NCBI RefSeq assembly: GCF_030144855.1 | Contig: NC_082731.1 | Coordinates: 18,724,001 to 18,788,000 of the forward strand | Reading direction: 5' to 3' | DNA length: 64,000 nucleotides | Source of the DNA: Hypanus sabinus | Lineage: Eukaryota | Part shown: positions 38,401 to 50,400 of the stretch, piece by piece | Position numbering within the stretch: position 1 is the first letter of the stretch | Layout: each line of letters starts with the position of its first letter | The notes under the pieces: model-generated | What the model was told of the DNA's origin: nothing | Databases searched by the model: none | The model's input: only the letters and a program-made list of their open reading frames with translations | Program-made: the position numbers and the translations under genes

Positions 38401-41400
38401 GTCCGAGTCCGGGCTCCGTGTCCCAGTCCGAGTCCGGGCTCCGTGTCCCAGTCCGAGTCCCGGGCTCCGTGTCCCAGTCCGAGTCCGGGCTCCGTGTCCC
38501 AGTCCGAGTCCCGGGCTCCGTGTCCCAGTCCGAGTCCCGGGCTCCGTGTCCCAGACCGAGTCCCGGGCTCCGTGTCCCAGTCCGAGTCCCGGGCTCCGTG
38601 TCCCAGTCCGAGTCCCGGGCTCCGTGTCCCAGTCCGAGTCCCGGGCTCCGTGTCCCAGTCCGAGTCCCGGGCTCCGTGTCCCAGTCCGAGTCCCGGGCTC
38701 CGTGTCCCAGTCCGAGTCCCGGGCTCCGTGTCCCAGTCCGAGTCCCGGGCTCCGTGTCCCAGTCCGAGTCCCGGGCTCCGTGTCCCAGTCCGAGTCCCGG
38801 GCTCCGTGTCCCAGTCCGAGTCCCGGGCTCCGTGTCCCAGTCCGAGTCCCGGGCTCCGTGTCCCAGTCCGAGTCCGGGCTCCGTGTCCCAGTCCGAGTCC
38901 GGGCTCCGTGTCCCAGTCCGAGTCCGGGCTCCGTGTCCCAGTCCGAGTCCGGGCTCCGTGTCCCAGTCCGAGTCCCGGGCTCCGTGTCCCAGTCCGAGTC
39001 CGGGCTCCGTGTCCCAGTCCGAGTCCCGGGCTCCGTGTCCCAGTCCGAGTCCCGGGCTCCGGGTCCGAGTCCGGGTCCGAGTCCCGGGCTCCGTGTCCCT
39101 GTCCGGGTCCGAGTCCGGGCTCCGTGTCCCAGTCCGAGTCCGGGCTCCGTGTCCCAGTCCGATTCCGGGCTCCGTGTCCCAGTCCGAGTCCGGGCTCCGT
39201 GTCCCAGTCCGAGTCCCGGGCTCCGTGTCCCAGTCCGAGTCCCGGGCTCCGTGTCCCAGTCCGAGTCCCGGGCTCCGTGTCCCAGTCCGAGTCCCGGGCT
39301 CCGTGTCCCAGTCCGAGTCCCGGGCTCCGTGTCCCAGTCCGAGTCCCGGGCTCCGTGTCCCAGTCCGAGTCCCGGGCTCCGTGTCCCAGTCCGAGTCCCG
39401 GGCTCCGTGTCCCAGTCCGAGTCCCGGGCTCCGTGTCCCAGTCCGAGTCCCGGGCTCCGTGTCCCAGTCCGAGTCCCGGGCTCCGTGTCCCAGTCCGAGT
39501 CCCGGGCTCCGTGTCCCAGTCCGAGTCCGGGCTCCGTGTCCCAGTCCGAGTCCGGGCTCCGTGTCCCAGTCCGAGTCCGGGCTCCGTGTCCCAGTCCGAG
39601 TCCGGGCTCCGTGTCCCAGTCCGAGTCCCGGGCTCCGTGTCCCAGTCCGAGTCCGGGCTCCGTGTCCCAGTCCGAGTCCCGGGCTCCGTGTCCCAGTCCG
39701 AGTCCGGGCTCCGTGTCCCAGTCCGCTACAGTGCACCGTATACGTGTTAATGACGTCTGGTTACTCCTATTTAATTGCTATTTTGTGCGATTGTGATGGG
39801 GGCGGACTGCTTCTGCGGCCTGCAGTCACTGTACAACACCGAGCTACACTGAACTGTCCGAGACTGTTTCAATGACTCTGTGGTTTCATGTTTTATATTC
39901 TGTGTTTCTCGCTCATTTTTCTGGTTGTTTGCGGGATTTGTCCTTTTTTATGTGTTGGGTGTTTCATGTTTTCTGTGCAAGAACCCTGGGGGGGGGGGTA
40001 GTAATAATCCTGAATTGTGACAAATGACGGGCATAGTGTGGGGGGAGTGCAGACTATTCCTGAAGCCTTTATATTGTGACGGAGGGCGGGGGCAGAGTTG
40101 AGGGATTTGGGGACAGTTACCTCCTGCACTCGATGGGTCTCAGGCTGAACCTGGTCTCAGCTTGTACCGGCTGCTCCCCCAGTGAATATTTCAGTGTCAC
40201 CCCACACTCCAGGTCGGGATCCATCTATGAGACAGAAGCAGTCAGGGAACATCGGGGACAGTGGCCACCAGGTGAGGTTCATTCCCTGTCTGAACCTCCA
40301 ACCCCACCCCCACCTCCGTAACAGGATTCCCTGATGGAGAGAGACCCTCTTCAAATGGAATCCCCAGCAGAGAGACCCCCTCCCCTTTTAACATGGGTCT
40401 CTGACAAAGAGAGACTCCCCCATAACAGGAGACCCCAATGGAGAAAGAACCACTTTAACAGGACTCCCTGTTTAACAGGGATACCCGGTGGGGGGAGACT
40501 CCCCATTAAATGGGGTCCCAACAGAGACACACAGCTGATTAACTGGGGTCCCAACAGTGAGACACCCCCAATTATCCGGGGTTCCAACAGGGAGACACAC
40601 CCTTTAACAGTGGTGTCTGATGGAGAGGAACTCCCCTTTCATAGGGGTCCCAGATCCCCTCTTTAACAGGCGTCCTGGTCAACTATCTCCTCTTTAACAG
40701 AAGTCCTACATAGAAAAAGACTCCCACTCTAACATGGATCTGTGATGAGGAGAGTTCCCCTTTAACAGGAATCCCTGAAAGAGAGACTCCTGGGATAACA
40801 CAGAGGGGAGGTGACCCTACTTTTACCTTAATGCACACCAGCAGTCCCCATCTCCCCACGCCTGACCCTCACCTGACCCTTCAGCTGGGTGTAGACGATG
40901 GTTTTCTGCTGGTTGAAGAGCGTGCTGGGAAGGGGTGACAGCAGAGCGGCCTCTACCCCTGGGGGCAGGTCCCAGCTGAGGCTCACCCCTGTCCCGCTGG
41001 GTTGCAGGGCGTACTTCAGGGTCCGGAGAACCTGTGGGGGACAGGAAGAGATCAACACTTCTGCAGGCTCCGTCCCATCTCGTGATTCCTACACTCAGAG
41101 ACCCCCGTTCAGTGCCAGGTTAGGGTTAGGGGCCAGCTGACGAGGACGTCTCCATGTCCCGCCTGCTCTCAGCGTGTCCCACCCAGCCTCTCTTCACTGT
41201 GGTTTCAGACTGTGATCAGACTGAGGTTTCTTGGCCTCACTTTGCAAGGGCCGACCCACTACCCCATCCATCCCTCTCCCATTTTGGGCTCCCCCAATCT
41301 GTTGCACTGTCCCTCTCCTCTGCTCTCTTCCCCAGGCCTCGGAGAGTTCCAGGGTCTCCTCGTCCCCCACTTCACATGGAGATTCAGCACAGAAACACCC

Positions 41401-44400
41401 TGAATTCACCCCTTCACCTGTGGGGGGCAGGAACGGGGAGTTAACCCATCAGCCTGCACATCTCTGAGTCCTGGGAGGGTCCGTCTCACCCCCTGTCCAA
41501 GGCACAACCCCGCTCCCTCACAGACACACTCTCTCACACACACACCCACAGTGGCGGAGGTTGGGATCGAACCTGCGATTCCGAGATCAGGCACTGAGAG
41601 ACACTGATCCTCACCGCTGTGCCTGCTGGTCTTCCCTGTACATTTCTGGGGGGGGGGTGACCCCCTCGCTCCCCCACACGCAAGGTCCTACCCCCAATAA
41701 GAGTATCCCGACAACCAGCCCCCCCACCATCAACTCGGGGTTTCCCACCCTGCCCCTGCCTCAGTACCTTGGGCTCCATCCTGTCTTTCCCGGTGATGAA
41801 TTCGTAACTCCCGCTGGCCGCCTTGGCGATGCCTTTGATCAGCGCTGTGGAGGCCCCCTCACCAATCCCGAAGGAAAAGCACCTGGAGAACGGGATGGTG
41901 AACCGCCATGGTTTACTTTCAGTAATAGAGGGGTTTCTCTGCTGCATTGCATGCTGGGAATGGATGCTACCATTGCTCCTGCCCAACGTTGCTGTCCACA
42001 CAGTGGGGCTGAAGTAATCTCTAGTGTTATTTCGCTCCAAATGGGAATGGGATTGAGGGGCAGGGGAATGAAAGGAGACAAGGACAGGATGGAAGAGAAA
42101 AGGGAGAAGGAACTGCAAAAGATTGGTGGTGGAACATAAATTAGACAATATTATGGGCGGGATAATTGGGGAAAGATGGGAGGAGGCAGTTGGAGAGAGC
42201 AGTAGAAAAAGTTCAGGTGGAAGAGACGGATCTGGAGGAGAAAGGGGTGGGAGAAGAGAGGTGGAGGACTGACAAAGAATGGCGGACAAGGAGACGAATG
42301 GGGAATGGGAGAGCTGAATGTGCGTGGAGGTGGTGGGGACGAGGGAGAGTGGGAGGCTGACGTGGGGTGGAAGAGTGTGAGGTGGTGACGGGGGAGGGAG
42401 AGGATGAGGTTGGGTCAAGGGTGCGAGGGTGAGGTGGGGACAGGGTGGGAGAGAGAGGTGGGGATGAGGGAGACGGTGAGGGTGTGGTTGGGATGAGTTG
42501 GGGGGTAGCAGGGGACAAGCTGGAGCAGTAGGCAGGGAGAAGTTTGAGGGGCAGGCGGGTTTTTTGGAGGGGCAGGCAGGGACAAGTTGGAGGGGAGGTT
42601 CGGAGGAGGTGGAGAGGGAGTCTGGGTTGTGTCAGGGACAGCAACCCCTCCTTACCCCTACACCTCTCACCTGTGGCTGGGGCTGTTCTTCTGAACCTCA
42701 GCCAGCACCTGCTTGGTGTTGGATACCTCACCGTCCGTGAACACAAAGAGCTAGGAGAGAGGCAGAGAGTCAGAGTTATCCTGGAAAGACCCAGGCCATT
42801 CTGCCCATTGTATCCATACTGACCACAGAGCACCTATCCATATTGTTTGCATCTTCCAGTAACTACCCTGCCACCTTCTGTACCTAGACAACACAAGTGC
42901 TCGTCTGCACACTTTGTAAATGCCATCAGTAACTGCACTCTCTCCTTTGTCCCAGGGCCTTGCTCCTCTCTGAAGAATGTCCTCTCAGATTCCCTCTAAA
43001 TCTCTTCCACATCCCCCGCCCAACATCAACAGCCTCCAGTTTTACCTACTTCTGATGTGGGGGAAAGTTTCCTGTCTATACACCTCATGATTTTCTAAAC
43101 CTCAGTCATGTTCCCTTCTACCATCCTCCACCCTGGGGAGACAGACCAACCTTTCTCCTCATCACCGAGACACTCTGTCCCTGGGACGGTCCTGGTGAAT
43201 CTCCTCTGCAGTCCCCCCAGTGCCAGCACACTACTCCCATAGTGTTATCCTCACTCAGTGACTCCCTCTCTCTTTCTCTCATTCTCCCACCTCTTATTAT
43301 TTCTCCCACACATCCCGTCACATTCCTTCCCTTCTGTCCCTCTCTTACTCTTAATCCCCTCTCCTTCCCATTCACATGTTTTCCTACCCAAGTCTCTGAT
43401 TACCCCCCTTTGTTTAATTTCTCTCATCTGTCCCCTCTCACTCCCTTCTTCTCACACTCTCTCTTTCTCATCCCTCAGATTCTCTATGTTCTGTCCCGTT
43501 TGTTTAATTACGATACTCTTTCTCATCCCCCCATTCTCTCGCTCTCGTTCTCCACTCACATCCTCTCTTCACTGTTCCTCTCTCTCATCCCCGCTCTTGT
43601 TCTCTCCCTCCCTCTCAGCCATCTCCTTCCTTCCCTCACTCAACTCCTCTCCCATCTCCTTCCTTCCTTCACTCTCTCAACTCCTCTCCCATCTCCTTCC
43701 TTCCCTCACTCCCTCAACTCCTCTCCCATCTCCTTCCTTCCCTCACTTGCTCAACTCCTCTCCCATCTCCTTCCTTCCCTCACTCACTCAACTCCTCTCC
43801 CATCTCCTTCCTTCCCTCACTTGCTCAACTCCTCTCCCACCTCCTTCCTTCCCTCTCTCACTCAATTCCTCTCCCATCTCCTTCCTTCCCTCACTCCCTC
43901 ATCTCCTCTCAGCCATCTCCTTCCTTCCCTCACTCAACTCCTCTCCCATCTCCTTCCTTCCCTCACTCCCTCAACTCCTCTCCCAACTCCTTCCTTCCCT
44001 CGCTCAACTCCTCTCCCATCTCCTTCCTTCCCTCGCTCAACTCCTCTCCCAACTCCTTCCTTCCCTCGCTCAACTCCTCTCCCATCTCCTTCCTTCCCTC
44101 ACTTGCTCAACTCCTCTCCCATCTCCTTCCTTCCCTCACTTGCTCAACTCCTCTCCCATCTCCTTCCTTCCCTCACTCCCTGAACTCCTCTCCCATCTCC
44201 TTCCTTCCCTCACTCCCTGAACTCCTCTCCCAACTGCCACTACTCACACTCCCTCATGTCTCACACTCAGTCCTTCACTGCCCCCACCTCAGTCCCTCCC
44301 TCCCCTCCCTCTCTCCTCCTCTTCCACCCTTTCAGTCTCTCCGTCTCTTGGGTGAACCACAGGGAGGGGTGACGATGCACTTTACCTGTCGCGGGTGTCC

Positions 44401-47400
44401 TGGCACGCAGGGTGTTGTGTAGATGGCCGATAGGGGCTGCAGGATCTCTGTCCCACCCATATCCGCATCGATCTCCTTCAGCTGAGACAGTGCTTCTTGC
44501 ATGGAGGTCTGATTGTACTCAACACTCTTCCTGTGCAGGTTGAGGGGGAGGTAATCCGACAACAACATGACAACTCCGTCCAAGACAGACATCGGAAGGG
44601 AGCAGAGGGGATGGGGTTAGCGCGGAGAAGTGGGGCTGGCAGAACAGGTCGGGGAGCATCTCCCAGCAGTTCAAATCATTTAGCTATTGCTTCAATATAC
44701 CATCTAGTACAAAGGTTCCCAAGTTTATTTATGCCATGGACCCCAGGTGGGGAAAGCCCTGATCTAGTGCAGGTTTAAGACTGAAGGAAAGCTCTCTTAT
44801 TCTTTACATTGCTATCCTGGGCACTGGAATTTACCATGCACTCAAATTCTTACTAAGCAGTGGCGTACCTAACAGACTCTGTAATCTGATGTGTACAAAA
44901 TATTTCGACTGAAATCCAATGAGAAAAGAAAACTGTTCTTTGCAATCCTGTGATCTTCTGATTGTAATCCAATAATATTTTAACACAAGCCAGAGGTATT
45001 TCGATCCAACTGATAAAAGTACGGATGAATTAAGTATTACACAATATTGAATATAGTCAATGGCCAAAGCCACGAAAGCTGCTACAGGAAAAGAGGGAGC
45101 TGAATCTCCGGTTATTACATGTACACAGATGACTGAGGGTTTGAGATTTTACTGAATAGGACATTACAACTTGATGAGTTACAATCAAGGTTGAGTCAAG
45201 GGCATAGGTACAAAATTAAGGGAGGGAAGTTTTGGGGAGACATCAGCGGTAAGTTTTTTTTGCACAGAGGGTTGTGAGTGCCGGGAATGACTTGCCAGGG
45301 ATGATGATAGAGGCCAAAACATTAGGGGTATTTAAGAGCATCTTGGACAGGCACAGAGATGAAAGAAAAGTGGAAGGTTATGGGGTAGTGTGGGTTTAGT
45401 ACTTTTTTTAAGCATTATTTGGGTCAGCACAACATGGAGGGCTGAAGGGCCTGTACTGTGCCGTAGTGTTCTATGGTGCTATGGTTAATGAAATGTGACC
45501 CTGAAATGTGAAATGAAATGAAATGAAATGTGACCCTGAAATGTGAAATGAAATGAAATGAAATGTGAAATGAGATATGGAATCAGATCTGAAGACTGTC
45601 TTTGGGAAAGGATAAGACTGGCTGGACATCAGCAGTATGACCACAGTTCTGAAAGCTGCATTAGAAATTCAAATCTGTGACAAAGTGGGCACATGGTCTG
45701 ATAGAAAGCATAATTTATGACTTGGCAGAATGAGTCAAGTCATAAAAGGTCATCGAACAGGTGCAAGAGGTAAGGAAAACTGTGACCGATTACAAAACCA
45801 GTGTGACAGAGACGGTAAAAAGTCTAAATAGCAATTTTTTGCTTCAGCTGAGCAAGTGAGAACACAACATGGTGCGTGCAATCAAATCAAAGTGCATTGC
45901 GTGGAGCTTCCAAGTAAACTGAAGCAGTATCAGAATATCAGAAAGCCCAGCAGGGACCACAAGCTGGCAGTCTGGCCAGAAATGCTTCTCCTTGGGAAAC
46001 ACCCCCTTGTTGGATGGTCCCCCCAGACAGCACCACCGTCTGGACCCTGAGCAATCACAGCATGGACTCTACGGCAACCTCTAGTGACACAGGAGAGGAT
46101 TACAGTGATGAAGCAATAGGATTGGCAGTTGTGGTACGATTTGCCCCAATAAAGACCAAGGATGTGAAGAAACACGGGACTGATGATAGAACCTATGAAA
46201 GGAGACGAATGGTTTCCCATCAACCACCTAAACCGAGAAGGGAGTCCATTGGTCCAAAGAAATTCCACCTCCTAAAAAATGGAAGTCTAAAGACTTGGAT
46301 TGAGCTTTATCATATTAAGAACAAACTGCACCCATATAATGGCATCCAAATCTTTGTCGACTATGTTGTGACTCATCGAGCTGACAACATTAAAGACAAT
46401 TAACAAAATATACAAGATGGTTGGAAGGCAATTGAGAGGTGATTGGAAGAATGACGGACATGGACTGATCGGAGGAAAGTGGTGGATTGTTAGTAAAAGA
46501 TTTCTGAGGATGTTTCTGAATACGAGGAATGCTACAGGAGAACGTGCTTAAAGTTTTCAGGGGCTTCAGGAATAAATGAAGATTACATAGAGGTTCCTAC
46601 AATTGAAGTCAACTTTTCATGGACGACTTAAGACCAGATATTGCAAAAATGGGAAAGGAGCCAAAATGAATTGGAGTGTTCGATATAGTGAGCTTTTACA
46701 AGCCACCAAACAATTGGAACAAGGATATGGAAATGGGAATAAGATCATCACAGTTAAGATCAACAGTCTCTGACCAAGGGTCAACAGTCATTGCTAGGAG
46801 TCAACAGCCACAGCAAGGGAAGCCACACACACACACACACACACACGCACACACACGCACGCACACGCACGCACACACAGACACACACATGCACGCACAC
46901 ACAGACACACACAGAAAACCTCTCATCCAGGACTATATCTCAAGGTGGGAATTGCTGTGTCACATCGACCATGACCAAGGATCACATTTCACTGTGAGAG
47001 TTTGACAGGAACTATGTTGACAGATGAACATTGAATGGTTGTTTCATTGTCCACGTTGCCCAGAGTCATCAGGACAAGCCAGACAAATGAATGGAATGTC
47101 AGACGGAGACTGACTGAGAATCCCGAGGAAGGCGTACCGAGGCCTAAGCTCTTCCTCTGGTCTTCAGGGCAACACCAAACAAGAAATTGAAACAAAATCC
47201 ATTCGACGTACTAACAGGGTGTCGCATGTCACTGCCGGGAGCTCCACATCTCAGGGAGGCTGATAAGACACGTTACGGCAAATAGTTTTGTTAACCGTTG
47301 TGTGAAATTAACTCGAGCTGTCCAGCTTGCTTCTCAACAGAAGGCAAGTCGGTAGTCAACGATGTTTACTGCCCACCTCACTCGCTGCCGTCAGAGGTAG

Positions 47401-50400
47401 GTGTCTCCGCGGGACAGTGTCTCTCTGTCTTTCAGTGACAGTCTCTCGGTGTCTCCGCGTGACAGTGTCTCGGTGTCTCTGTGTGACGGTCTCTCGGTGT
47501 CTCCGCGGGACGGTCTCTCGGTGTCTCCGCGGGACGGTCTCTCGGTGTCTCCGCGGGACGGTCTCTCGGTGTCTCCGCGGGACGATCTCTCGGTGTCTCC
47601 GCGGGACGGTCTCTCGGTGTCTCCGCGTGACGGTCTCTCGGTGTCTCTGTGTGACGGTCTCTCAGTGTCTCTGTGTGACGGTCTCTCGGTGTCTCTGTGT
47701 GACGGTCTCTCGGTGTCTCTGTGTGACGGTCTCTCGGTGTCTCTGTGTGACGGTCTCTCGGTGTCTCTGTGTGACGGTCTCTCGGTGTCTCCGTGTGACG
47801 GTCTCTCGGTGTCTCTGTGTGACGGTCTCTCAGTGTCTCTGTGTGACGGTCTCTCGGTGTCTCCGTGTGACGGTCTCTCTGTGTCTCCGTGTGACGGTCT
47901 CTCGGTGTCTCCGTGTGACGGTCTCTCGGTGTCTCTGTGTGACGGTCTCTCGGTGTCTCTGTGTGACGGTCTTAGTGTCTCTGTGTGACGGTCTCTCGGT
48001 GTCTCTGTGTGACAGTCTCTCGGAGTCTCTGTGTGACAGTCTCGGTGTCTCTGTGTGACAGTCTCTCGGTGTCTCTGTGTGACAGTCTCGGAGTCTCTGT
48101 GTGACAGTCTCGGAGTCTCTGTGTGACAGTCTCTCGGTGTCTCTGTGTGACGGTCTCTCGGTGTCTCTGTGTGACAGTCTCTCGGTGTCTCTGTGTGACA
48201 GTCTCGGAGTCTCTGTGTGACAGTCTCTCGGTGTCTCTGTGTGACAGTCTCTGACTGACTGCTCCTGAAGGAAGGTGTCTGCGCTTGAATGGTCTGTTCA
48301 ATGCTGCTGGAGAATTGTGCTGGAGTCCTTGGTCTTGTGCAAAGTTAATCGATGCGGTTCGTGCATTGGACTGTATAGATCACGTTATGATGCCTGGACT
48401 CTATTGAGTTTGTGTTTTATATTCACTGTTTTTGGCTCATCTTTTTCTGCAGCTTACGTGATTTAGTTTAATTACGGATGGGCATGGGGTTGGGGTGAGG
48501 TTTGATGTTTTACTGTGAACGGGTTCCATAGTTTTCTTTGTTTCATGACTGTGGAAAGACAAATCTCAGGGGCTGTTTCATGCATACTGTGGCATGCAAA
48601 AGTTTGGGGAGCCCCGGTCAAAATTTCTGTTACTGTGAATAGTTAAGTAAGTAGAAGAACTGATCTCCAAAGGTCATAACATTAAAGATGAAACATTCCT
48701 TTCAACATTTTAAGCAAGATTAGCATATTATTTTTGTTTTGTACCATTTTATAGTGAAAAAAAGGAAAGGAGCACCATACAAAAGTTTGGACACACCAAG
48801 AGATTTGAGCTCAGACCCTAATTAGCTTGTTAGGGCTATGGCTTGTTCACAGTCATCGTTAGGAAAGGCCAGGTGATGCAAATTTCAAAGCTTTATAAAT
48901 ACCCTGACTCCTCAAACCTTGTCCCAACAATCAGCAGCCATGGGCTCCTCTAAGCAACTGCCTAGCACTCTGAAAATTAAAATAAATGGTGCCCACAAAG
49001 CAGGAGAAGGCTATAAGAAGATAGCAAAGTGTTTTCAGGTAGCCGTTTCCTCAGTTCGTAATGTAATTAAGAAATGGCAGTTAACAGGAATGGTGGAGGT
49101 CAAGTTGAGGTCTGGAAGACCAGGAAAACTTCCTGAGAGAACTGCTCGTGGGATTGCTAGAAAGGCAAATCAAAACCCCTGTTTGACTGCAAAAGACCTT
49201 CAGGAAGATTTAGCAGACTCTGGAGTGGTGGTGCACTGTTCTAATGTGCAGTGACAGCTGCACAAATATGACCTTCATGGAAGAGTCATCAGAAGAAAAC
49301 CTTTCCTGTGTCCTCAGCACAAAATTCAGCCTCAGAAGTTTGCAAAGGAACATCTAAACAAACCTGATACATTTTGGAAACAAGTCCTGTGGACTGATGG
49401 AAGTTAAATAGAACTGGAAGTCTTCTGCAAGGAAGAGTGGGTGAAAATCTCCCAAACAAGAATGGAAAGACTCTGAGCTGGCTACAGAAAGCATTTACAA
49501 GCTGTGATACTTGCCAAAGGGTGTGTTTCTAAGTACTGACCATGCAGGGTGCCCAAACTTTTGCTTCAGGCCTTTTTCCATTTTTGTTATTTTGAAACTG
49601 TAAAAAATGGGAATAAAAAAAAGCAATATTGCTTAAAATATTAAAGGAATGTGTCATCTTTAACTTTATGACTTTTGGAAATCGGGTCATCTCTTACTTG
49701 CTTAGCTATTCACAGTAACAGAAATTTTGACCAGGGTTGCCCAAACTTTTGCATTCCACTGTATATATTTTGATAAAAGATGTACTTTGTAACTTTGAAC
49801 TTTTAATTACTGAATCAGCAGTGAAAGAAGACGGTAAATGAAAGTGGGTACACACCAGCCACTGAAACTGACCTACTGCCGGCCGATGAAGACAATAAGT
49901 AATGTGGTTAATGTGCTAGTAATTCCAGACTCAGTGGCCAATGCTGCTGGGCGACTCGGAGCAAATCACTCACCAGGCTAGTAACTACTCGACGTTATGA
50001 AGATCATTTGCAGTTCTATTTTTACCAATTCTCCCTGCACGCATTTTATACAGGGAGTGTACGGCGAGGTGGGGGGGGGGGCGGGGGTGCTGGCGAAGGT
50101 GGCTGCATTGGGCGGCACACATGGGGCTTGAACGAATCAAGATGGGAAATGGTTGGGTCAGGTTCTACCCGGGAATTCTGGCCCTCAAGTTCCCGGCCCC
50201 AGGATGAAAGTTCCCACTTACGGGAAGAACGAGGTGAAGTGGCTCCCAAATCCGTAAATGTTGAAGAAACATCCCATGGGAAGGCTCTTGAGGAGCAGGA
50301 GCATCGTGTCCTGTGGGGGGAGAACAGAACTTGTCAGTCCTGAAGACTCTCCCGGGCATTCCCACAACTCCACATCCCGGCCGGAAAATCGAAACAGACC

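Noticed and set aside
31451-39875. 2700-aa ORFs on both strands
   Set aside because: Translations of a stop-free 26-bp minisatellite; all frames give the same cyclic peptide; intronic
41545-41625. tRNA B-box-like GGTTCGATCCC on the minus strand
   Set aside because: No cloverleaf; most likely a SINE remnant
47327-48301. Cys-rich repeat ORFs (VSRCLCVT)
   Set aside because: 24-bp minisatellite translation
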